Part shown: one piece after another, positions 19,976-29,844 of the stretch
Layout: every line of letters begins with the position of its first letter
Position numbering within the stretch: position 1 is the stretch's first letter
Assembly (NCBI GenBank): GCA_016203135.1
Contig: JACQNI010000025.1
Location: forward strand, 1-48,816
DNA from: Candidatus Woesearchaeota archaeon
GTDB lineage: Archaea > Nanobdellota > Nanobdellia > SCGC-AAA011-G17 > JACPNG01
Length of the DNA stretch: 48,816 bases
Direction of reading: 5' to 3'
Notes under the pieces: generated by a model
The model's input: the letters and a program-made list of their open reading frames with translations, nothing else
The model's database searches: none
Told to the model about the DNA's origin: nothing
Translations under genes and position numbers: made by a program

Positions 19976-20921
19976 AGTTCCCTCTTGCTTCTTTGTTTGA
20001 ATCTACCAGTTGATCTATCTTGGTCATTTTTGCATCAACATCATTTGAGTTAAGATTTTCTAGCTTAAGATTCTTTAATCCATTTAAGCCATTATTCAAC
20101 CCAGTCATTAAACCAGATCCAAATGATCCCTGTCCTGAACATATAGAAGCTAATGTATTTGCCTTCTCTTGATATATCTCTGAAACCCTGGTTAATCTTT
20201 CAAAGGCCTTATTTACATCACATTTATAATCTTCCAAACTATCAGAGAATATAGCCCCATAAAGCATCTCCTTGCCTATGAAAATACTTTCTCCATCAGA
20301 GAATTTAACTTTTCCTCGACATTTATAATTATCAGTTAAATCATCACAAGTATCTTTATAGCCATATATAACTACCCCATTTTCAATCTGATTTATATCC
20401 TGCCCAACAATTACCCTTTTTACCTTATCTCCATTATTAACAAATCTCTTAGGTATGAACTCAACATTATTCATATCTCCCCTTAAGTTTTTAGCAAGAT
20501 TATCTGTTCCCTCAATTACTATTTTTGTATCCCCAGAAACATAAAAGAAATTAGTAACCGGAAAAGGCATTCTCCATTTTGCTGTCCAGATATTTAATTT
20601 ATCCCCTTCAATATCCCTCTGAGAAAATATTATGTTTTCATTGTTTACTGGATTTACATTGTTTACTTGAACCTTGCCACAAGTAAATCTTATTTTCACA
20701 TCTTCATTCAAGTCTATTGTCTTGTCAGCGTTGCTTGAAACAGAAAAGCTATCAAAATTGCTATTTAATGTCCTTGACAAAACAGCAGAGTTTAATTCTT
20801 CTTTTAAAAATATTTGCTGCCTTGCAAAGTTTATGAAGAAAATAAGTATTATTGCCCCAGCAACAGCAATCAAAATATACTTAAAAGTCTCTTCCACACC
20901 CCTTTTATCCATGAATTTCAA
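19956..20921 (-). CDS. Secreted protein with class III-like signal peptide
   Basis: DKRG/VEETFKYILIAVAGAIILIFF. Confidence 0.6.
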   Translation of the reverse strand: MKFMDKRGVEETFKYILIAVAGAIILIFFINFARQQIFLKEELNSAVLSRTLNSNFDSFSVSSNADKTIDLNEDVKIRFTCGKVQVNNVNPVNNENIIFSQRDIEGDKLNIWTAKWRMPFPVTNFFYVSGDTKIVIEGTDNLAKNLRGDMNNVEFIPKRFVNNGDKVKRVIVGQDINQIENGVVIYGYKDTCDDLTDNYKCRGKVKFSDGESIFIGKEMLYGAIFSDSLEDYKCDVNKAFERLTRVSEIYQEKANTLASICSGQGSFGSGLMTGLNNGLNGLKNLKLENLNSNDVDAKMTKIDQLVDSNKEARGNCGIYLF

Positions 20922-20962
20922 TAATGAGCAATATTAATAAATTCTTCTATTAAAAACTAATT

Positions 20963-21946
20963 ATGGACAAGGAAAAGACAGCCAGAAAGAATGTACTAAG
21001 AAAGTCACAAGAGCCATCAAAATATACAAAAATCAAAGGTTATGATTTTGATAAAAAGCTTAATTATGATGAGTTATTAGATTCATATTCATCTTCAGGT
21101 TTTCAGGCAACTAACTTTGCTAAAGCCATAGAGATAATTAACAAAATGATAAAAGATGATTGCAAGATTTATTTAGGATATACTTCAAACATGGTTAGTT
21201 CTGGTTTAAGGGATGTTTTTAGATATCTTGTAAAAAATAAAATGGTTGATATAATAGTTACAACCGGCGGAGGTATTGAAGAAGATATAATAAAATGCCT
21301 TGGGGATTTTATTCTTGGGGATTTTGACTTATCTGGAAAAGAATTAAGAAAAAAAGGCATAAACAGAATAGGCAATATTTTAGTTCCAAATTCTAGATAC
21401 TGTGACTTCGAAGATTTTTTCATGCCTTTATTGAATAAAGTCTACAAAGAAAAAAAATCTATCTCTCCATCAGAGCTTACCTATCTTCTCGGAAAAGAAA
21501 TAAACAATCAGGATTCAATATACTATTGGGCATATAAAAATAATATTCCTGTTTTTTCTCCAGCAATAATAGATGGCTCAATGGGAGACATGATCTATTT
21601 CTTCAAGTATCAAAAGCCAGACTTTGAGATTAATATTGCAGAAGACATGAAAAAATTAAATGATATGACCATAGATGCAAAGAAAACTGGCTTGATAATT
21701 CTCGGCTCTGGTTTGATAAAGCACCATATTTTAAATGCAAACATGATGAGAAACGGAGCAGATTATGTTGTTTATATTAACAATTCCCAGGAATTTGATG
21801 GTAGTGATGCAGGAGCAAAAATTGAGGAAGCTGTTTCATGGGGAAAAGTATTGCCTGAAAAAAATTACATAAAAGTTTTTGGTGATGCAACAATATTATT
21901 TCCATTGATAGTAGCAAAAACATTTAAAAAAGATGATGAACAATGA
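20963..21946 (+). CDS. dys: Deoxyhypusine synthase
   Basis: GFQAT, YTSNMVSSG, TGGGIEED, DGSDAGA and EAVSWGK (catalytic Lys) motifs. Confidence 0.95.
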   Translation: MDKEKTARKNVLRKSQEPSKYTKIKGYDFDKKLNYDELLDSYSSSGFQATNFAKAIEIINKMIKDDCKIYLGYTSNMVSSGLRDVFRYLVKNKMVDIIVTTGGGIEEDIIKCLGDFILGDFDLSGKELRKKGINRIGNILVPNSRYCDFEDFFMPLLNKVYKEKKSISPSELTYLLGKEINNQDSIYYWAYKNNIPVFSPAIIDGSMGDMIYFFKYQKPDFEINIAEDMKKLNDMTIDAKKTGLIILGSGLIKHHILNANMMRNGADYVVYINNSQEFDGSDAGAKIEEAVSWGKVLPEKNYIKVFGDATILFPLIVAKTFKKDDEQ

Positions 21947-22422
21947 ACACAAACAGAAGAGAATTCTTGCTTGAGCTTATGATCCTTAAAGTCCTGCAAG
22001 ATGAAACGCCTTTAAAAACATTGGCAGAACAAGTAGCTCAGAAAACAGAAAAAATAACTACAGAAGGCAATGGCATAATAAAACTTTACAGGCATTTCAC
22101 AACAATTTCCTTAAGAATACATACAAAAGATTTTATTGCTGCTGTTAACAAAGAAGATAATTATCTTGCAATAGATTACATTCCAAAGAACTCTGAAGAA
22201 ATAAATAATCTTGTAGAAGGTGCTGGCAGGTTCATTGATTTAGGTATTGATGCTAAGTTTAAATATCAACATGAGCTGATTCCTAGTTATGCATTTCATG
22301 ATGGAAGAAAAATAAAACCCGCTACAGATCTTGCCTTATTTCTTGACTTGTATAAAAATGCATTAAATGCAATAGATAGTTTTTACACAAAAAGAAATCT
22401 AAGGGTATACGACAAAGCTTAA
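21943..22422 (+). CDS. Hypothetical protein
   Basis: 159-aa ORF with ATGA overlap to dys; no recognised motif. Confidence 0.6.
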   Translation: MNTNRREFLLELMILKVLQDETPLKTLAEQVAQKTEKITTEGNGIIKLYRHFTTISLRIHTKDFIAAVNKEDNYLAIDYIPKNSEEINNLVEGAGRFIDLGIDAKFKYQHELIPSYAFHDGRKIKPATDLALFLDLYKNALNAIDSFYTKRNLRVYDKA

Positions 22423-25400
22423 TTGATTGTCAAAAACATCCTTGCATATGATATTTAACTTGTCAGCTAAAGGAGCGCTATGAATTCCTTGAGACTTTGT
22501 CATTAAAGTTCCTGTTCCAAAATTAAACTGTTTATTGCTGAATTCGCAGTTAACTTCTTCATCTAATTCAATATTCAAGCTGCTTGCTGTAGAATATATC
22601 CTTAATATTTCTGGCCTGCTTAAGTCAACAGCAACATCAAAGCTGGTCTTTCCCTTAGCTTCATTGCCAGCTATGTCTTGACATGTAACAAAGTAATTAT
22701 ATCTTGCAGTTCCAAGTATCAGGCTTTGCTCATGCACCTTGCTGTTTGTGTTGATAAACTCTACTTTATTAAAAAATTCATCGCTTTCTTTCTCGCTGAA
22801 AGCGCATATTGCTTTTCCATTTTCTGCACCATTAGAAGTTACAACTTTTAGTGTTATATTTCCATTGAATATTGTTCCTGTAGGTTCAACTTTATCAATA
22901 TTCAATTTGCTTGTTTTTGTTAAGCTATAAGCAAAGCTCTGCTGCATAACATTCCTGTCTTTCTCCTCTTTTCCAGGCTGGTCTTTGCATTTAAAGAAGA
23001 ATTTATTTTCTCCTGTTGTTAAGCTACCTAACTTTGTTTTGCATTCAAACAATCCATAATGCAAAGCGTTTGTTATAAATCCGCTTGTTTGGCATTCAAA
23101 ATCATTTTTCATATTCCCATAATCTAAATCACTTTTATCCCATTTACATTCACTTGGTTCATTAACAAATATATCTACAGAAGTCTCATTGATATCACTT
23201 CTAATAAATGCCTTGTTTAAAGGACTTACCTCTTCAATTTTTGGTGGTGTTAAATCTGGTCCTGGTTTTACATTAAACCTTATGAAGTAATCAGCTTCGT
23301 TCTGATTTCCAGCAGCATCTTGGCATTTTATATATAATGTATGCTCTCCCTGGTTTGTCAATGCCAATGCCTCTTTGCTTGTTAGTTCAGCAGGCAAGTT
23401 CAATTCAATCTGGTGTTCATTAATGTATAAGTTTGTTCCAAAGAATGCAGTCATGTCATCATATTTCTTTCCTAGATCTTTATCAAACCTGCATTGTGCT
23501 GGCTCATCTGTTAATATTCCTAAAGTTACAGGAGTAAACGGCTCTATTTTTTCAGTTAATCTATACCCATTTGGAGTTTCATCTATGTTTCCCTTGATCA
23601 CATTTCTAAACGGAGTTATTTTCGGTGATCTAACATCATCAATATTTATTGCAACGCATTTTTCTTCTTTCTTTCCCTTATTTATCAAGCCACATTGCTG
23701 CCCTAAGCTTTTGCATCTATATTCAGAACAAGGTTTTTTAGGATCTTGATTGCATAATTCACATTTACTTCCACCTTTTGGAGGCTGCCATATCCCACAT
23801 CCAATCTGATAATTTTTTTCTTTTGTTTGTGCAAGTACAACATCAACTATAGAATAAACAGTATAAGCCCATAAAGCAATATTTACTGCTGCAAATATTC
23901 TTCCTAAATTACTTAATATAAAAGGTTTTCCTGCTACAGTTGTTGTTCCAGTTATTGCCCCTTTAACACCAAATCCAGATAAAAAAGGAACCCCTAAAAC
24001 AGATTTAGTTAATACTGCCCCACCACTAGATTTTAAAAGTACTCCTAATCCAATCAATGCAGTCAAAGCAATAGGCCCTCCTGGAGTAAAGTAATTCCAG
24101 CTGCTTGGTATATTCTTATTTACATCAGTAGAAGTTAACTTGCTAAAGTCTCCAAGATCTCTTTTTTGTAGTTTATATCCATCAAAATACAATCCATCTT
24201 TTTCCCTTTCAGAAGAAGCTGTATTTGTATATCCATCCAAAGAAGCATCTCCAGCTATGTTAAAGTAAGCCCCGCAGTCTCCCAAAGACTTACAATAATT
24301 ATTTCCAGCTATTACCCACTCCTGTGTTGTGCAATGCTCATTACCGTCAGGAGTAATTTTCCAAGAATCCACTCCAAATATTCTAGAAGCCCCTCCCCTT
24401 CTCCATTTAACATTGCATTCTAAACTTCCAGCTTCACAAACAGAATCCTTTGCTTTTGGAGAAAAGCTGCTTAATGAAACATCAGCTGCCTTTCCCCTTG
24501 TTGTTGATTCAATAAATTTAATACCCTCATTCCAAAATTTTATTCCTGGAGGTACATCAGGAGTGCAAACCCCCCCATAAGTTCTTAATATTTCTTGAGG
24601 CAATGCAACAGCGCTTATTCCCGAAGGATTCCAGAAACAATCCCTTGCAGCCCTGTCTTCACAACATTTCCTTGCACAGCAAGCAGTCTGTGCTTCATTC
24701 ACTTCTGTATCTTTAAAAGTATCTTCCAAGCCATCACATTCTCCTCCACATAACTCAGCTTCATTGCATTCAGTACAACTCTCCCACCTGTTAAATCTAC
24801 AAGCTGCTTCATTAAATCCTTGTTGTATTCCTGCTTCTTGTAATGAATTATCATTTATCTTGTCTTCAAAGCATAATTCTTCCCTAAAATCCTTGCAAGG
24901 CTCTACAATTTCTTCTCCATTTATACAAACAGTTCTAAAGTGTCTGCTTCCAACTAAGTCTCTTCCTTGTCCAACAGCCCCATCATATAAGCACCAAGAT
25001 TCTCCTGATTTTTTAGCACTTCCAGCACTAGGACTTGGAGCGCTTTTAGTTATATCTATACAAGCTGTTGACTTACAAATAAAATTTCCAACTATTGGCT
25101 TGACAGAAGTTGCATTCCCACAAATTGTTCCAGCAGTATAATCACAGTTCCCGCATCTTGGATCATTTGCATTAGCCTTGCAAATTTCTTGTTGTTGCTG
25201 ATCTGATAAAATAAATCCATTGTTGTAAGAAATTTCCTTGTTTGCATTGTAAATATTTTCTTTGTTTCCACAGCTGTCAAACCAATACACATCTTCTTCA
25301 GAGCATTTTGTTGTTTGTTGCTTTGCACATTCAGTTCCTAATGCTGAATTGCTGCATAAAAATCCCTTATGGAATCCAGTCTTAATTCCCTTAACATCTT

Positions 25401-25962
25401 TCTCTTGAACATTACAAAGCTGCTGGGTTGTTAAAACACATCTGCCATCTTCCTTTACACATGCCCCTAAATCTTCAGAAAAGCTCTTTTGCAAACATAA
25501 AGCCTCGCTTTGAATACTTTCATCAAAAACCATGTTTACATTTGGAAATTTTGCAGTTTCTAATTTGCATCTTGCTTGTGTTGTGAAAAATGCCTCATCC
25601 CCGATAATGCAGCATCCTTCTCTTGCTAATGGTATGTTACAATCTGCTGAATCAAAAAATTCTCCCTTCTTTGCAATGCAGTTTGCTTTTCCTACCTTCT
25701 TAAAGCATTTCCCTTCTGTTTCTATAAAACAGCTTCCAACCTTGCAAAAACTTGATTGTGCACAAGTAGCTGAAATCTCTCTCGAATTTTCTGCACATTT
25801 ATCTTTGCTTGTATATTGGCAAAATTCTCCATCAGTGGTTTTTTCACAGCATGTTTCTTGTTTTTGTGCAGAAACATTTTTTATATTCAATAAAGATATA
25901 GTAAAAACAGAGCTGATTAAGATTAATGCTAAAAATAAAGCCTTTATTTTTTTATCAATCAT
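22399..25962 (-). CDS. Large Cys-rich secreted/surface protein with C-terminal Ig-like repeats
   Basis: Signal peptide, dense Cys repeats, central Gly-rich hydrophobic segment, repeated [TVL][DN]E..xC[RKE][FW] and CxDxxGN units. Confidence 0.75.
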   Translation of the reverse strand: MIDKKIKALFLALILISSVFTISLLNIKNVSAQKQETCCEKTTDGEFCQYTSKDKCAENSREISATCAQSSFCKVGSCFIETEGKCFKKVGKANCIAKKGEFFDSADCNIPLAREGCCIIGDEAFFTTQARCKLETAKFPNVNMVFDESIQSEALCLQKSFSEDLGACVKEDGRCVLTTQQLCNVQEKDVKGIKTGFHKGFLCSNSALGTECAKQQTTKCSEEDVYWFDSCGNKENIYNANKEISYNNGFILSDQQQQEICKANANDPRCGNCDYTAGTICGNATSVKPIVGNFICKSTACIDITKSAPSPSAGSAKKSGESWCLYDGAVGQGRDLVGSRHFRTVCINGEEIVEPCKDFREELCFEDKINDNSLQEAGIQQGFNEAACRFNRWESCTECNEAELCGGECDGLEDTFKDTEVNEAQTACCARKCCEDRAARDCFWNPSGISAVALPQEILRTYGGVCTPDVPPGIKFWNEGIKFIESTTRGKAADVSLSSFSPKAKDSVCEAGSLECNVKWRRGGASRIFGVDSWKITPDGNEHCTTQEWVIAGNNYCKSLGDCGAYFNIAGDASLDGYTNTASSEREKDGLYFDGYKLQKRDLGDFSKLTSTDVNKNIPSSWNYFTPGGPIALTALIGLGVLLKSSGGAVLTKSVLGVPFLSGFGVKGAITGTTTVAGKPFILSNLGRIFAAVNIALWAYTVYSIVDVVLAQTKEKNYQIGCGIWQPPKGGSKCELCNQDPKKPCSEYRCKSLGQQCGLINKGKKEEKCVAINIDDVRSPKITPFRNVIKGNIDETPNGYRLTEKIEPFTPVTLGILTDEPAQCRFDKDLGKKYDDMTAFFGTNLYINEHQIELNLPAELTSKEALALTNQGEHTLYIKCQDAAGNQNEADYFIRFNVKPGPDLTPPKIEEVSPLNKAFIRSDINETSVDIFVNEPSECKWDKSDLDYGNMKNDFECQTSGFITNALHYGLFECKTKLGSLTTGENKFFFKCKDQPGKEEKDRNVMQQSFAYSLTKTSKLNIDKVEPTGTIFNGNITLKVVTSNGAENGKAICAFSEKESDEFFNKVEFINTNSKVHEQSLILGTARYNYFVTCQDIAGNEAKGKTSFDVAVDLSRPEILRIYSTASSLNIELDEEVNCEFSNKQFNFGTGTLMTKSQGIHSAPLADKLNIICKDVFDNQLSFVVYP

Positions 25963-26738
25963 GCCGGCTCTCCCTCAACAGCAAATTGAAACACATAGCT
26001 ATTATCATCCCTTTTTACTTGATATACTTTATGTGGATATAATTTATTTAAGTATATCTTAAATTCTCCTTTTCTAAGCTGCATATAGCTTAATGTATCA
26101 AAAAATCCAAATGTTGCTTCATCATCTATTATATCTTGGCTTATTTCATATAACTCCCCCAAAGGATAATTAAAACTTTCTGTGAATTTATTCCTAGAAA
26201 CCATGTTATCTTTGCTTTTAAGAGTAACAGGATAATTTATATCTAGGATAACAGCCCTAGATTCAATTTTTGTTTTAACATCTAAAGTTCCAGTGGTTAT
26301 TTCATAGGGTTTAAATCTCTGAAAACTTGTAAAATCTAAACAGCCATTCAAGGATTGTTTTACATTCTCGCTGATTTGTGATTCCATCTCTTCTATTGTT
26401 AATAATCTGTTCATGCATGCTTCGTCATCAGGAATATTATAGCAAAGAAAACTTACTTCTGAATCTTTATATGATATGAAACTATAATCAACAGGTTCTA
26501 AATATCCCCCTTGTAATCCGATCTTTTCAATGATTTCATTTGCATTCTGCTCAGAGTCTCGATTCAAGCAGTCAATTATATTGCTTTCAATTTCATTCAA
26601 TTCCAGATTTAAATTTTCGGTAGTTGTTGGCAAAAAAATAGTTTTTCTTGCAACGAAAAAAAGACTTAAAATAACTACAATTACAATTCCAATAATTACA
26701 AATGCAGTAATCTGCCCTCTTTTTCCAAAAATAAACAT
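25959..26738 (-). CDS. Pilin-like protein with class III signal peptide
   Basis: KRG/QITAFVIIGIVIVVIL; ATGA-coupled to the large Cys-rich gene. Confidence 0.72.
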   Translation of the reverse strand: MFIFGKRGQITAFVIIGIVIVVILSLFFVARKTIFLPTTTENLNLELNEIESNIIDCLNRDSEQNANEIIEKIGLQGGYLEPVDYSFISYKDSEVSFLCYNIPDDEACMNRLLTIEEMESQISENVKQSLNGCLDFTSFQRFKPYEITTGTLDVKTKIESRAVILDINYPVTLKSKDNMVSRNKFTESFNYPLGELYEISQDIIDDEATFGFFDTLSYMQLRKGEFKIYLNKLYPHKVYQVKRDDNSYVFQFAVEGEPA

Positions 26739-26793
26739 ACTAGCTCTTATTTATCGAACTTATTGTTTATTTAAATATTTTGGTAAAGAATTC

Positions 26794-27540
26794 TTATTCG
26801 TTTTGCACTCTTGGAGCTAAAATAGTAATCAAATTTAATTTATCCAAGACTTTATACTCGATTCTTAAAGGATATTCATTGTCAAAATTCAGCTTTACAG
26901 TATCAGCAAGCTTTGAAGCCTTTATAATTTTTTTCAGGTATTCAAGTGAATATCTTGCAGAGACATTTCCTCCATTCAAGATTATGCTTGTATCCTCATC
27001 CTTTGGAATTTCTACTTTAGCATGATTCATTCTTCCCTCTGCTTCTATTACTAGCTTGTCATTTTCTGCTGTTAATGAAACAGATTCAGCAACAACCTCC
27101 ATGTCTTCAATGGCCTCATCAAAAACACTTGTATTTAATTCTATTTCTCCAGAAAATTTTAAGTCAGGAATTCTTTGCTCTTTATAGCTTGCTTCTAATA
27201 AAGCAATATTAAAAGTCCTTAAAGAATCTCCTTTTAATTGAACTTTAAGTTTATTTTTTTTCTCATCTAGTTCCATCGACAATGTATCGCTTGGCTTTGC
27301 CCTTCTTAACACTTGTTTAAAGCTTTCTAAATTTATAGATATCTTATATTCCTTTTCAACATTGTATTCAACAAAAGCGCTTGAAAGAAGATTAAAAACA
27401 ATCATTGCAACGCTTGCAGGATCCATAGCAACAAGCTCCATCCTGTCTGGCTTGAACTTTATGCTTACATCATTGACTATGTCAGAGATAACACCAATGC
27501 TATCCTTCAAAAACCTTGGTTCTGCTAAAACTAGCTTCAT
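26794..27540 (-). CDS. pcn: DNA polymerase sliding clamp PCNA
   Basis: AMDPASVAMI, ARYSLEYL, YPLRIEY, LAPRV motifs; 248 aa. Confidence 0.96.
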   Translation of the reverse strand: MKLVLAEPRFLKDSIGVISDIVNDVSIKFKPDRMELVAMDPASVAMIVFNLLSSAFVEYNVEKEYKISINLESFKQVLRRAKPSDTLSMELDEKKNKLKVQLKGDSLRTFNIALLEASYKEQRIPDLKFSGEIELNTSVFDEAIEDMEVVAESVSLTAENDKLVIEAEGRMNHAKVEIPKDEDTSIILNGGNVSARYSLEYLKKIIKASKLADTVKLNFDNEYPLRIEYKVLDKLNLITILAPRVQNE

Positions 27541-27609
27541 TATCCTATATAATTGTAAAAAGCATTTATATTGTTTTTGGTATTTTGTAATATATCTTTA
27601 GAGTGAAAT

Positions 27610-27927
27610 TTAAACTGAATCTAGATAAGTAGCTACTACAGAACTATCATCCTTTTTAATTTCTCTAGTATAATCCATTGCCCTTTTATATTTTTCATTA
27701 ACTCTAACGATTTCATTACTATTAACACTATATTTATTTGCTAACGATATATATCTATCATAAGCCCCACTCATAGTTTCTTTAAGCTTATCTAGTTCTG
27801 ATATATCTCTGGCACCTATGCATATATTTAAAGATAACTCAGAGAGTTTATTCTCCAATCTTTCTAATTCCCTGCCATCACTAAAAGCTTCTTCGCTAGT
27901 AGTTTTAAGACTAAGTATTGGGTACAT
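27610..27927 (-). CDS. Hypothetical helical protein (paralog of 27975-28280)
   Basis: Shared motifs GRELE.L, Y.VN, N.KY..AM.Y. Confidence 0.7.
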   Translation of the reverse strand: MYPILSLKTTSEEAFSDGRELERLENKLSELSLNICIGARDISELDKLKETMSGAYDRYISLANKYSVNSNEIVRVNEKYKRAMDYTREIKKDDSSVVATYLDSV

Positions 27928-27974
27928 TTTTAAAAGTAATTCAGTAAAATTTATATTGCTTTTGGTATTGTGAA

Positions 27975-28280
27975 TTAATATAATCCATAGTGTTTAAGAT
28001 AATTCATAGCATCTACATATTTCTGATTAATTTCAAAGATATCAGGTCCATTAACTTCATACCGAGATCCAAGTTCCTCAAATCTCTTATGAACAATATC
28101 CATGGCCCTCTTTAAATATTTCCTAAGGTCCAAGTCATCTTTATTACTTAAATTAACATTACTTATACTAAATATTAATGTGTGCAAAGAAGATATTTGA
28201 TCTATTAATTTTTCTAGTTCCCTTCCTTCCTTGAATCCTGCTTTTTCTCTTTCACTCTTAAAATTAATTTCTGCATACAT
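27975..28280 (-). CDS. Hypothetical helical protein (paralog of 27610-27927)
   Basis: Shared motifs GRELE.L, Y.VN, N.KY..AM.Y. Confidence 0.7.
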   Translation of the reverse strand: MYAEINFKSEREKAGFKEGRELEKLIDQISSLHTLIFSISNVNLSNKDDLDLRKYLKRAMDIVHKRFEELGSRYEVNGPDIFEINQKYVDAMNYLKHYGLY

Positions 28281-28281
28281 T

Positions 28282-28656
28282 TTAAAAGTAATTCAATACA
28301 AAATATAATCCAGCAAAAAATAACAACAAAGCCATCAATCCTACATTAACTGTCAATGTAGCCATGAAAGCAAATACGCTTAGATAATTTCTTCCTATCA
28401 ATAAAGGCAATAATCCAAGTATGAATAATAATACAGCTGTTGTTATTGTCAATATCTTATACTTATCATAATAAATCTTCAATGAATCATAAAACATTAC
28501 AACAGAGCTAATTAATATTATAAAAGCCAGAAAAGTCCTGTTGAACAAAAAGCTAAGTCCTTGTATTTCAGATAGTAAATTTATCAAATATAATAAAGCT
28601 ATTAATATAGAGATTATACCGATTCCAAGCCTTGCATATTTAAGATAATTCTCCAT
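28282..28656 (-). CDS. Four-TM membrane protein
   Basis: Four hydrophobic helices; operon-coupled. Confidence 0.65.
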   Translation of the reverse strand: MENYLKYARLGIGIISILIALLYLINLLSEIQGLSFLFNRTFLAFIILISSVVMFYDSLKIYYDKYKILTITTAVLLFILGLLPLLIGRNYLSVFAFMATLTVNVGLMALLLFFAGLYFVLNYF

Positions 28657-28948
28657 GTAACATCTTTCTAACTTTTTGATATAAAAATTTATCTATTTTG
28701 CTTAAATCTTGTAAGGCATCCCCATAAAGCACTAATCCCTCATTTGACCTTACTAATTTGCCAAAAATCCTCACATAATCATTGTCTTTAACACTATTTT
28801 CCATTAAGACTCTTAAGCTTTGGCTTCCATCGTCAACAACAAAGCCATTTTCTTCCCTGTTTACCACAGTCCCAGTAATAGAAATATTAACATCTTCCTC
28901 TTTTATCCCAGATATATTTCTTTCATTATAGGCTTGAACTGTTTCCAT
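28640..28948 (-). CDS. Single OB-fold protein (small RPA subunit-like)
   Basis: ISITGTVV...VVDDGS...YVRIFGK OB-fold pattern. Confidence 0.7.
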   Translation of the reverse strand: METVQAYNERNISGIKEEDVNISITGTVVNREENGFVVDDGSQSLRVLMENSVKDNDYVRIFGKLVRSNEGLVLYGDALQDLSKIDKFLYQKVRKMLHGELS

Positions 28949-28949
28949 T

Positions 28950-29522
28950 TTATATTATATTCTTAAATTCTTGCAAAACAACTGGTAGTTTATTAACTTT
29001 ATCACTATCTGTAAAATGTCCCTTATCTTTTAATATAACAATCTTTGCTCCTAACTCTTTCTTAAACATACTCTCGTTCTCTTTTAGAAAATTGTATGGA
29101 TCATTGTTAGATAAGAATACAGTAAGTTTACTTATTTTTTCTCTAACTTTATTAAGGTCAATTTTAGTCTTTAACCATGGTTTTGCTACTGCTTCAACTT
29201 CTTTGTCTTCTAAATTATCCAATTTAAACCATCCTGCAACAAATACAATTTTATTTATTTTACCCTTATAATTTTCTTTTTCTAAATACCTCATAATAGT
29301 TTGACATCCCATGCTATGCCCAATAAAGCAAGTATCTCTACTTAATTTTCCAACAATTTTCTTTAAGTATGAAACCCATTCTTCTATTTTAGGTTCAGAA
29401 GTGTTAGGCATTTTAGGAACAATAACTTCAAATCCTTTTTTCTCTAATTCTTTCTTCATCCAGGGATACCAATGCATGTCAGGATTAAAATCCCATCCAT
29501 GAACGATAAACACTTTCTTCAT
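28950..29522 (-). CDS. Alpha/beta hydrolase, RBBP9/YdeN family
   Basis: VFIVHGW, WYPW, GHSMG nucleophile elbow, NDP, GHF. Start moved to ATG 29522 to avoid overlapping tfs. Confidence 0.88.
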   Translation of the reverse strand: MKKVFIVHGWDFNPDMHWYPWMKKELEKKGFEVIVPKMPNTSEPKIEEWVSYLKKIVGKLSRDTCFIGHSMGCQTIMRYLEKENYKGKINKIVFVAGWFKLDNLEDKEVEAVAKPWLKTKIDLNKVREKISKLTVFLSNNDPYNFLKENESMFKKELGAKIVILKDKGHFTDSDKVNKLPVVLQEFKNII

Positions 29523-29526
29523 AATT

Positions 29527-29844
29527 TCAAGAATAATCTCTCCATCTATGGCTGCATTTCGTGCATTCAAAAAATCTTGTTTCAGACTCATCTCCAGCCC
29601 TTGTCTGAACAGTCCAGTAATATGCCTTATTATGCCTGCATTTAGGGCAGTCTTGGTCTGTCTTAGGCAATACCTCAACCTTTCTATCAACAACCTCTAT
29701 CTTGTCCTCCCTTGCTAGATTTATCTTTTCCTTGATTACAACATTAGACTTGGATCTAATTTTATAGTTGCACTTGGCACACTTCATTACTTTCTCGCCC
29801 TTTCTAGGTACAAGTATTGATCCACATTTAGGACAAAAATTCAT
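29527..29844 (-). CDS. tfs: Transcription factor S (TFS/RpoM family)
   Basis: FCPKCGSIL and CPKC...QTRAGDE...FFECTKC Zn ribbons with the acidic DE hairpin. Confidence 0.95.
   Translation of the reverse strand: MNFCPKCGSILVPRKGEKVMKCAKCNYKIRSKSNVVIKEKINLAREDKIEVVDRKVEVLPKTDQDCPKCRHNKAYYWTVQTRAGDESETRFFECTKCSHRWRDYS

Larger units (their letters stand above)
27564..28295 (-). repeat. Diverged tandem duplication (two units of gene plus flanks)
   Basis: 27564-27584 matches 27949-27969 at 20/21 nt. 27923-27943 matches 28276-28295 except for one T. The enclosed ORFs are paralogous. Confidence 0.8.

Noticed and set aside
21943..22010. Twin-arginine-like motif NRREFL as a Tat signal
   Set aside because: The following hydrophobic stretch is short and interrupted by charged residues, so export cannot be supported.
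22739..26062. Several plus-strand ORFs (up to 176 aa) opposite the large Cys-rich gene, and similar short antisense ORFs across the window
   Set aside because: They are shadow frames of real genes on the other strand, with no motifs or expression signals.
29523..29693. N-terminal extensions in the ORF track (hydrolase; likewise deacetylase, deaminase, archaemetzincin, L31e)
   Set aside because: They overlap neighbouring genes or promoters. Family homology starts at downstream ATGs, which were used instead.
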